Origin: Eledone cirrhosa
Lineage: Eukaryota
Length of the DNA stretch: 64,000 nt
Reading direction: 5' to 3'
NCBI GenBank assembly: GCA_964016885.1
Contig: OZ024743.1
Coordinates: 351,788,001 to 351,852,000, forward strand
A program made the position numbers and the translations under genes. Positions 54,661 to 64,000 of this stretch are shown piece by piece. Position 1 is the first letter of the stretch, and each line of letters opens with the position of its first letter. The notes under the pieces were generated by a model, which was not told where the DNA came from, did not search any database, and saw nothing but the letters and a program-made list of their open reading frames with translations.

Positions 54661-54901
54661 ATATTAAATAATCTAGCTGTCGTCTGTTCTACAGTGTGGA
54701 TGTAATTCACTTCGCGCAGAAGTTTTGTTCAAATTTATTGCGGAAATTTTGTGAGTTCAAATTTTATTTTGATACAATTGTGTAGCTTGACCCCCCGTCT
54801 GAACTGTCAGGCGGTGGGTCAGCTCATCTTTACCCCTCCTAGAGGTGAAAAACCTGTTTTAAAAAATTTTGTGGCAAAAAAATTTCAATCGTCTAACAGA
54901 A

Positions 54902-56800
54902 ATGTTAAACGCAGCGAACGAAAATAGTGGTGGGGGGACAGCGGTAAGAGTTGTAAGCTCGCACGCTTTAGTCCCCCCTTCCTTCCCAACTAACGTCATA
55001 GAGAAGGAAGGAAAAATTAAAATAAAAACAGACGAATCTGCGGAGAAAAAAAATGACGAAAACACAAATCTGGACATGGATTCCAACAACGAAAACAAAA
55101 AATTTGAAAAATTGCATGACAATACTAATAACACAAACAAAGACACAACAAACACAAAAATAACATTTGAAAATAACACCATAACAGAAAGCAAAGCAGA
55201 CGACAAGACTTCATTTGCACAGAAAACAAAGAAATCTTTGACTTATATACCGGAAAATATTTCAGATGTGGCACGACGAATCACAGACGCCAAACAATAC
55301 ATAAGTGAAGGAGAGAATGGTATTTTATCGGTAAAAATGCCTCAAGAATTCACCAAAGACATTGAAAGCCGAACGGTCAAGTTTCGGACCATCAACAACA
55401 GTACAAAAAAACCTGAATAGCCTTCTCAAGCAGATATCAAAACAGTACTCACAGAAGTACTTAATGAAACCACTTTCATAAAAAAAGACAGACTGTATGG
55501 AAGCCTAGCAATTATCATGAAGAACGAATCGGCGGCAAAAAAATGTGCTTTGTCACCGATTCGTTCGAAAAATTTTACCTTTTATCCATCTTATATGGGT
55601 AAAAGAACTCAACGCATATGGCTGGATGCAATGATGCCAGATGTGGACTACTGCTGGCTCATAGCTGGCTTCATCGATCCAGTGAATGACAACGTGATTT
55701 CCATTGGGAAAACCACAGGCAATGCGTTCAGTGGAACAGGTATAGAGCTGGTAGTGCAAATGAAGCCTAAACGCATCGCCCAAATACCCGACAGAATCCT
55801 ATTAGAGGACCACGGGTATATAAACATTAGCGTGGAGGGGAGAAGGCCGTCCTGCCATATCTGTGCAGGCAGAGGGCACCTGAAGGCCGCTTGTCCCCAA
55901 CTCAACAAAAAGAAAACCCTGCTACCAACACCAGCTCCACCACCACCACCACAACAGATAAACAAACAACAAAACTCAGTCCCACCCAACCCGTCCCTCA
56001 GTAAAACCACACCACCACCACAACACAAACAGTCACAACACATTACCCCAAAACAAAATACAGGCCCACCCAACCTCTCACTCAATAAAACAACACAACC
56101 ACCGCAGACACAACACACAACACAGTCTAACATAGTGACATCCATCTCCCCCACAAAGAAAACCAACACGGAAACATTACCAGCAAACATACCTCTTCCC
56201 TCCAACACTGAAGATAACCCAACGAATTCGGAGGAAGAAACGGAGTCCTTCAGACAGATTAAAAGGAAAAAAAGAAAACATGTGCAAAACACACAAGGCC
56301 AAACAGCCCCCACCCAAATCTCAACACAATCCAACAAAACAGAAAATACCCCTCCAGCAACAAACAAAACCAAACCTGCCCCTCCCCTCTTCGAAACACT
56401 CACACCATCCGAAAAAAAGACATTACACTATACTTACATCAACAGAAACAATAATAAATTAAATGAACTCATATACAATAATCCTTCGGTACAAACCGAA
56501 GGTGTAAACTTTGTTTCTTCAGAAAACTACCCACATTTAAAACTAATAAAGATCCCAATGAACCTCTACCAAAAACTAAAAAAGGATTTTAAGGAGGACG
56601 TAGGACCACCCTCTGTCAAACCCATAAACCGCGTCCTACTAAAAAGCTTTCCCCCTCCCCTTCCCCTCCCCAACACAACTCCAAACACCCCAACCCCACC
56701 ACACACTGACGACCCCACACCACCACAAGACACCCCTTCACCCAACACCCCAGACCCCATGGAAGTCGTGCAACCCGAACCCCGGGAAGCGGAAAGGTAG
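54902..56800 (+). pseudogene. L1/Tx1 ORF1 (gag-like, CCHC knuckle, P/T/Q-rich tail) with one in-frame stop
   Basis: ORFs 54869-55420 and 55517-56800 share a frame and are separated only by TAG at 55418-55420; CHICAGRGHLKAAC. Confidence 0.85.
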
Positions 56801-56833
56801 GTCTCTACACTCTCCTTTGGCTCTGCCGCCCAC

Positions 56834-59800
56834 ATGGATGTGTTAAGAGTAGGATGTTTGAATGCACGTGGCCTGGGCTCAACTTGGAAGCAAGCAAAGC
56901 TTCTAAATGACCTCAGGTCATGTAGTATAAATGTAATGGTTATCTGTGAGACTCGAATCAGCGTCGTGCGGCAGCTGGCCCCCACCTTCGATGACTTTGA
57001 GGTGCATGCATCTCTCTGTCAACCTGGAGGTGGAGGTGGGGTTGGCGTACTGCTGCAAAAACACCTGGGTCTTGCCGTACAGGTTGTGCACTCGGACCCG
57101 GAGGATCGTTTGTTGGTGCTAGACGTTGACAGTAGTGAAAGTGCGGCCTTGAGACTGGTCGCCGTCTACTCCCCTTTCGGAGCTGAACGGCCCGACTTCT
57201 TTCAGCGTTTGGAGACTTTTCTGGGAACGTCGCGTTCCCTGCTTCTAGCGGGGGATTAGAATGACATCCTAGATGCACGTTGGGACTATGCAGGAGCATG
57301 TCCTAATAGAGGGGGGTGTAACAGCCTCAAGGGGTTACTCGACCGTTTTAACTTGGTCGATAGATATCGACTAGATTTTCCAACTGTGCCTACCTGGACT
57401 TGGAGAAACCACAGTGGTCAATCTAGATCGTACTTAGATAGATTCTTAGTTAGAGGTAAGGATAGGGACATATTAAGCTGTCCAGAAATGCGCACGGTTG
57501 ACTACACGGATCACAAATTAGTGACCTGCGTAGTCAATCTCGAGAAAACACATAAACAGGGTCCCGGTTACTGGAAACTTAATTTGTCTTTACCGGCAAA
57601 AGAGACTTACAGAAACCGGATTAGCAGATTAGTTAAGGAGAGGTTGACGAGTGCAATCGTCAACAACCGATGGTGGGCATCTCTCAAAAGAGAGATTAGA
57701 ACAGAATCAATAAGTTATAGCAAGATGTTAGCTGCCGATAGGAATAGAAACGAGAAAGAATTAACAGGTAAATTAGAAGAGGCAATCAAGAGCGAAGATG
57801 TGGCCAGAGTGCTGGCATCGAGGACGGCCTTGAACCAGTTTTTCGATGCAAAGCACGAAGGCTGCGTCATTCGAAGTAAAATACGTGCTCTAGGTAATGA
57901 GGGGGCCAAAGCCGTTGGCTGGGCCCGCGTGACAGAAGCTAAGAGTGGAAATCGATCCACCATCCGGTCGTTGCAAGACGAAGATGGACGGGTGATCCGG
58001 GAGCCTAAGCAGATGTGCGAGGCCTTTCAAAGGCACTTTGCCCGATTGTTCGGGGGAGGCGAGGGTCCGGGCGGGGGCGTGGATTTCGGTCCATGCCTCG
58101 ACAGCCTGCCGTGTCTCTCGAGCGAAGAGGCAGAGTCCTGCGAGGGACCAATCTTGGCTGATGAGATCGGAGATGCGCTGAGCCAATGCAGCAGACGCAA
58201 ATCTCCAGGTCTCGATGGTATACCTTACGAACTTTATTTAGCAATGCCGGTCTTCTTCTCCGAACTCCTTGAAGCGGTCTACTGCAATTGGCAGCAGAAC
58301 GGGAGAATTCCTTGTTCTGTAGCCAAGGGCGTAGTCACGCTGGTGAGGAAGGACGAGAACAAGGGAGATAGTATAAATAATTTTCGGCCCATAACCCTGC
58401 TAAACACAGAGTTAAAGATTTTGGCCAAGGTGTTAGCAAAGAGGTTGGCGCTTGTCGTGGGTGGCCTGGTGGGAGATGCGCAGACATGTGCTATCCCATC
58501 CAGGTCCATTCACGATAACCTCCACCTCATGCGATACATCATAGAGAGGGTTGGCAACAAACCCGGCTTCGGTGGGGCCCTGATCAACTTGGATCAGTCT
58601 AAGGCCTTCGATAGGGTCGACCATGGTTACCTGGATGCGGTGCTAGCGGCGGCTGGGTTCGGTCCTGTTTTCAGAGGCTGGATCACTGCCTTACATAGCA
58701 ACCACATCTGTTCTAGGATCAAGGTGAACGGCTACCTTTCGAAGCCGTTCGAAATCACACGATCCATTCGACAGGGGTGCCCTCTCTCCTCCCTTCTGTA
58801 CGTATTGACTCTCGAGCCTTTACTGAGGAAGTTGGAGTTGTTGCAGGGTATCCCCCTGGAACCAGGATTGAGCAAAGCGGTGTCGGCCTACGCCGATGAC
58901 GTAACAGTAATGGTATCGACCGACTCGGAGATCGAGGCGATCGGTACCTTACTGGAGGAGTACGAAAGGTTGTGAGGAGCGAAACTGAACCGGGAAAAAT
59001 CCATCGGGCTGCAACTCGGAACGTGGAGAGGCAGACCGATGCCTCCTGACGGTGTCGTCGGACACTGGACGGAGGGCCCGGTAAAGTTGCTTGGGGTCTG
59101 GTTTGGACCGGACCTCCAGGTGGAAAAGAACTGGAACGAGGTTACGAACAAGGTGTTTGCACTAACCCAGAAATGGGCCAAGTGTAAGCTGTCCCTAAAA
59201 GGCCGGGCGGAGGTGGCGAACATTTACATAGCGTCCGTCACTTACTACCGCCTGACTGTCGTGCCTTGCCCTAAGGAAACACTCACCACCATGGAACGCA
59301 TGCTCTTCCAATTTCTTTGGAAGAAGCGCCCTCCTATGGTGAGAAGATCCATCTGCTGCCAACAACCTTCGAAAGGAGGGCTGGGGATGCCGAGGTTGAT
59401 GATGCGTAGGCACGCATTAAGGCTACGGCACCTACAGGTATTCCTCACTGGTCAACCGGTGTGGGCTCCGTTCGTGAAACGAGCCTTTCCGAGACTCGTC
59501 TCGCTCACCGAGCTACAGTCCTGGGTCAAGCAAAGATCCGGAAAACTGGGAGACTGGCACACTGAGTGTGCTCAGGCGCTCAGGGCTCTCTGGCAAGCGG
59601 GCCAGGCCATCGGTGGAGAATCCACCTCATCATTCTATAGAGGGCTGGTGGCTAGCAGGGGCGATGACACCCTTGGAGAGTCGCTGGACATGGAAGAAGA
59701 CGAACTGGCCAGCCTGTTCGGTAGGACTTTCGGCCCAGGACCAATGGACAACTTCCAGAAGTCACTGGCCTGGCAGTGCTACCGGGGGGCTCTACCTGTT

Positions 59801-60271
59801 CGAGAGAGGCTCTACAGACACGGGCGCCCGGGCAGGGATCCCTCAAAAAAGATTTGCCCTAGATGCGTGCGTCACGAAGAAACCGTTGCGCACGCATTGG
59901 TGCAATGTCCGGGCGTGGCTGATCTGTGGGGCTACGCCGAACGACTGCTGTCGCGGGTGGCGCCGATTAAATTGACCGCCGAGTCCGTGATGACAATCAA
60001 ACCGCCTCCCCTCTTCACAAAGGAAGCAAAGGCGGTTTTTCTGTGCGTAATAGCCATGTTGAAAGAGGTTGTTTGGTGGACACGATTGAAAGGTCTGAGG
60101 TCAGGCAACTTCCTCTCTGGCCATAGTCTGGTCTACTTCTTCCGATATCACTTCGGAAGAAGGATAAGAATGGAGAGAGAGGTGCTTGGCCACAGGCAGT
60201 TTTATGAAAGGTGGGTGATAGTGGCGAGAATGGCTCGTGTAAATGGGCCTTCTCTGTATACCATCCTGTAG
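56834..60271 (+). pseudogene. L1/Tx1 ORF2 (APE + RT + C-terminal Cys/His finger) with two in-frame stops
   Basis: CLNARGL, ICETR, AGD*N, SYLDR, TDHK, DQSKAFDRV, RQGCPLS, AYADD, CPRC..H..C. All three ORF pieces share a frame (stops ending at 57259 and 58975). Confidence 0.92.
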
Positions 60272-60987
60272 GTAAAGAAGTAAAGGAGAGGGGAGCACCT
60301 TCTCCATGTGCTCCCCGGGCAAAGGATTGCACACTTTTTCGGGTGTGTGTGCAACCCCCATCACGTCCCCTCCCTTTTGAGGTTATTTTCGATTATTTTC
60401 ATGTTACACTCTTTTTACTCGATTATATGTAAACTCCCCCTTTGTATTTGTCCCTTCTTTTTATGCCTTTATGGTAAATAAAGAAATATATCTATATATT
60501 AAATCAACATATGAAAAATAAAATAAGATGGATATATGAGAATGGGAAAAAAAGAAAAGGAAGGGGGGAAGGTAAGGAAGGGAAGAAAGAATATAATAAG
60601 AAAAAAATATATAATAATAAGGAAAGGATGACGGAGGAGTATCAGAAGGAAGAATGAGAGAGGAGCAGAAAATGAGTGAGTGAGAGAGAGAGAGAGATAA
60701 CCTTTAAACACTGTCTCACAGAGAGAAATAAAAAAAAAAACGTAAGATAATACATAATTAAAAAAAAATTTGAATTTAAAAGTTAATGAGGTTTATGAAT
60801 GGTGATGCTTATGATTCCTTATTATTATATTTTTTTCTTATATTCTTTCTTCCTCTTCCTTACCTTTTCCTTCCCCCCTTCCTTTCTTTTTTCCCAATCT
60901 CATATATCCATCTTATTTTATTTTTCATATGTTGATTTAACACTTCACTGCTCGCAAGTGTTTTTTAAGCTTCATATCATGTCTCCC

Positions 60988-61055
60988 TATTTTATCTGAT
61001 GAGAACGCAAATATCATCCCATGATATTTGTTTTTGAAATGCGCATAATAAAATA
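60988..61055 (+). ncRNA. Type I hammerhead ribozyme motif with an intact core
   Basis: Stem I TATTTTAT/ATAAAATA; CTGATGA (60996-61002); stem II with perfect CAAATATCAT-CCC-ATGATATTTG; GAAA; stem III AT-GCGC-AT; AUA site at 61045-61047. Confidence 0.85.
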
Positions 61056-62001
61056 CATGGAACTCTTTTAACCATCTTTTGATTTTATATTATATTATAT
61101 ATTTATATAGATAGATACAATTATAATATATACTATGTATAAATAAATGTATATTTTTTATTTTACTATATTTACATATAATATGTATCATTTGATATTT
61201 AATATACTATTGTATTATCTCTAGCGCCCTCCTGGACCTTCTCAGCGCCCCTCGGGAGGCAGTAGCGCCTACTTTGAGAACCTCTTGTATAAGTGTTATG
61301 GCTGGCCCTTTGAATTACAGGTACTGTCCATCTGACAGAATTCCAAACAGTTTCTGTCTCCACAATTTCACTCACAAGGCATAAATCAACTTGATGCTAT
61401 GGTAAATTATACCTAAGATACCATGCATCTCAGGCAAGGGTCATTGTATATCACATTTCATGGTCTGAGTTCAAATCCCGCCGAGGTTAACTTTGCCTTT
61501 CATCCTTACGGGGTCGATAAAATAAAGTACCAGTAATACACTGGGATAATTGCTGGCCTTGTGCCAAAAGTAGAGACAATTATATTTGTTAGTGTTTTCG
61601 TTCTGTAACCATTATATTAAATGAGTTATAAAAAAAAAGAGTTAATAAATAAATAAATAAATAAATAAAGAGTTAATGAATAAATAAAACGTTATACTTG
61701 TTTTTTACCCTCCCATTTCCAATCCAGCGAACACTGCTATCATGACTGTATGTATGTGTTCGTGTAAATGTATATGTGTATATGTATATGTTTTGGTGAA
61801 AGTATGTGTGAATGTATGTGTATTTATCTGAATGTATGTCCGTGAGCATCTATTTTTATAAGTTTGTGTTTGCGTGATTATAATTATATACTCATAATAG
61901 TTATATACTCATACATATAGATGTATGTATGTGCACACTCATACGTGTCAGCGTGTAGAAAATCATAATCTCTCTATCTCTCTCATCACACACTCTCTCT
62001 T

Positions 62002-62441
62002 TCTATATATATGGTAGTTGAAGTGGTGGTGGTGGCAACGATATACCCGAAGTCTAGAAATGTGAATGTCTCTTCTTCATACCGTGAACAAAGAAAATCC
62101 AACTTTTTTATGGCCTAGGGCCCGCATTAGGTGAAAAACTTCATTTTTTCAGCTTTTTAGGGCTTTTTGGAGGCGTTACGTCTAGCCGATTTTCCCGAAA
62201 TTTCAAGGCATTATGCACATAAAAAAAATTTATTTTCTTGGTCCCCTAGGGCATGCATTAGGTGAAAACTTGCATTTTTCCTGCTTCATTGAGGAAAATC
62301 TTAAAGATTATCCAGCCATCAGAGTATTCGGTTTATTTTCTTTACATATTGTTGAGGCATGCAGTTTTTCCACGATTAGGTCTGTTGGCGGCCCGCGTTC
62401 CAAAATACCTTATCCCGTGCAACGCTGGGTACCACTGCTAG
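62002..62441 (+). mobile_element. Non-autonomous Helitron
   Basis: TCTATATATATG 5' end (approximate); 3' CCCGTGCAACGCTGGG hairpin followed by TACCACTG-CTAG|T. Confidence 0.75.
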
Positions 62442-62459
62442 TTTTTGATATTATTAGTG

Positions 62460-62932
62460 CAGTGGATTGGCAGAATAGCTAGAGCATTTGACAAATGCTT
62501 CACAGTATTTGTTCCAGCTTTTTACATTCGGAGTTCAAATCCCACCAAGGTCAACTTTGCTTTCCATCCTTTTTAGATCAATAAAATAAAATACCAGGGT
62601 TTATGTAATTGACTCTCCCTTCCCCCAAATTGCTGGCCTGGTGCCTAAATTAGAGATCATTACCAACAATATTCCTTGAGCTGAAATTCTACTGAGATCA
62701 ACTTTGCCTTTCATCCTTCTGGGGTCAATAAAATAAAGTACCAATCAATTACTGGGGGTGATTTAATCAATTTTTCATTCTCCCTTTGTGTCAAACTTAG
62801 AAACCATTAACTTTGCCTTTCATCCTTACGGGGTCAGTAAAATAAAGTACCTAAAATAAAGTACCTAAAATAAAGTACCAGTAATGTACTGGGTAATTGC
62901 TGGCCTTGTGCCAAAAAGTAGAAACAATTATT
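62460..62932 (+). mobile_element. Cluster of three partial tRNA-like SINEs directly upstream of a FASTKD exon
   Basis: Repeated GTTCAAATCC / CTTTGCCTTTCATCC / ATAAAATAAAGTACC / TTGCTGGCCTTGTGCC blocks. Confidence 0.8.
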
Positions 62933-62959
62933 AATGACATCAATTTATATTTTCATCAG

Positions 62960-63044
62960 ATGCTGTACTGTTTGTTGACAAAAAAGGTGAACCTCTCGTA
63001 TATGATGAGCATTATGGTCATGAACCCAAACCAGGTGTTAATCG
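62960..63044 (+). CDS. TBRG4: FASTKD/TBRG4-like exon preceding the RAP domain; the gene continues beyond the window
   Basis: catcAG|ATGCTG...AATCG|GTAAGT; (D)AVLFVDKKGEPLVYDEHYGHEPKPGVNR, comparable to TBRG4 LDAEVLLDSDGEFLP...PPGSKR. Confidence 0.78.
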
Positions 63045-63562
63045 GTAAGTCTAACCCTTTAGCATTTACATTACTCTATATTTACTATTATATTTTCATG
63101 GTAATGGCTTTACTTCACATAATTATCTCACATAATATCGAATCTATGAGATTTTGATATTATTTATTTTGAGAACAATACTTTAAAGTTGGTATGAGGG
63201 GCCAGTTATGGCCAGTTTGAACAGAAAGAGGTGAGAGGATTCTGGCCAGATATGACAGGTTTAAATGCTAAATGGTTAAAGTTAGCTGTCTTTGAAGTGA
63301 ATTCTGGGTGTATACAATGTACAAATGCATCTACTACTCATTACAACTGTGAGGTCTCACACAGGAAATCTATTTTTTTACATTGCAAACTACATATTTT
63401 GTGGTGTGTTTAACATTTAATTTTATTTGATCCAATTCTGCTCTGGTAAGCCTGTTATTTCACATGATATATCTTTGTGGACATTAGAGGGTTTAATTAC
63501 ATCATTGATGCTTTATGTCCCATTTGCAACAAAAATTATATCACAAGTGTTTTATTATTCAG

Positions 63563-64000
63563 TAGATTGGCAGTATCAGTAGAGCGTCAGACACCATGCT
63601 TTGCAACATAGAGTTATGGCCCTTTACGTTCTGAGTTCAAATAGCTTTACCTTTAATCCTTACTGGGTCGATAAAATAAAGCACCAGTAACGTACCGGGG
63701 TCAATTTAATTGATTTTCTCCTCACCCAAAAATTGTTGGCCTTGTGCCTAAATCAGAAACTATTATTATTATTATTATTGTTTCCAAGGGCGGTGGATTG
63801 GCAGTATCAGTAGAGGGTCAGACGCCATGCTTTGACGTATAGAGTTACGCCCCTTTCCATTCTGAGTTCAAATCCCGCCAAGGTTAACTTTGCCTTTCAT
63901 CCTTACGGGGGTCGATAAAATAAAGTACCAGTAATGCACTGGGTATTTTGCTGGCCTTGTGCCAAAAGTAGAAACAATTATTATTGTTTCCATTATTATT
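63563..64000 (+). mobile_element. Two tandem tRNA-derived SINEs; family also at about 5250-5360, 12270-12420, 45732-45925 and 61465-61585
   Basis: A-box-like TGGCAGTATCAGTAG, B-box GAGTTCAAATCC, central GCCTTTCATCCTTACGGGGGTCGATAAAATAAAGTACC and an (ATT)n tail. Confidence 0.85.

Larger units (their letters stand above)
54670..60488 (+). mobile_element. Full-length L1/Tx1-clade LINE
   Basis: 16-bp TSD TATCTATATATTAAAT at 54654-54669 and 60489-60504; two ORFs; 3' AATAAAGAAA; inserted at the edge of (ATCT)n. Confidence 0.93.
54055..61286. mobile_element. hAT-like MITE expanded by nested insertions
   Basis: Termini CAGAGTTCTCAAACT / ACTTTGAGAACCTCTT; 8-bp TSD GTATAAGT at 54047-54054 and 61287-61294. 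Confidence 0.8.

Noticed and set aside
55648-56403. 251-aa minus-strand ORF rich in V/G/C
   Set aside because: Antisense shadow of the A/C-rich L1 ORF1.
58159-58200. CTGATGA motifs inside LINE ORFs (also about 20193 and 34105)
   Set aside because: No stem II-GAAA-stem III-UH arrangement follows; coincidental coding sequence.
63789-63885. tRNA gene
   Set aside because: A/B-box-like motifs belong to a SINE head; no cloverleaf is apparent.

Overview
AT-rich, microsatellite-dense eukaryotic (animal) DNA. The repeat landscape (tRNA-like SINEs with a GCCTTTCATCC..GGGGTCGATAAA core, (CAT)n-tailed RTE-type LINEs, (TA)n runs) suggests a coleoid cephalopod such as Octopus; this is an inference. Two intron-rich host genes lie on the + strand, both reconstructed by hand from GT-AG sites with consistent phases. 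The first is the 3' six coding exons of RNF32 (RING-H2 / IQ / RING-H2; 48-28555). The second is the 5' part of a FASTKD-family, TBRG4/FASTKD4-like gene (probable non-coding first exon ending at 35840; coding exons 39815-63044; continues beyond the window). Most of the remainder is transposon-derived: a Helitron with both termini plus several non-autonomous Helitrons, an RTE LINE, about 8 copies of an RTE-type LINE with a PHD-like finger inside its reverse transcriptase, a mariner, a CR1, a full-length L1/Tx1 with a 16-bp TSD, Penelope-like relics, MITEs and SINEs. The most notable unexplained structure is RNA-level: five hammerhead-ribozyme-like motifs (three with complete cores), fold-back inverted duplications at the 5' ends of three retroelements, inverted LINE copies bracketing the RNF32 IQ exon, and a four-layer nested insertion. 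No database searches or folding programs were run, and element boundaries marked approximate were read by eye.
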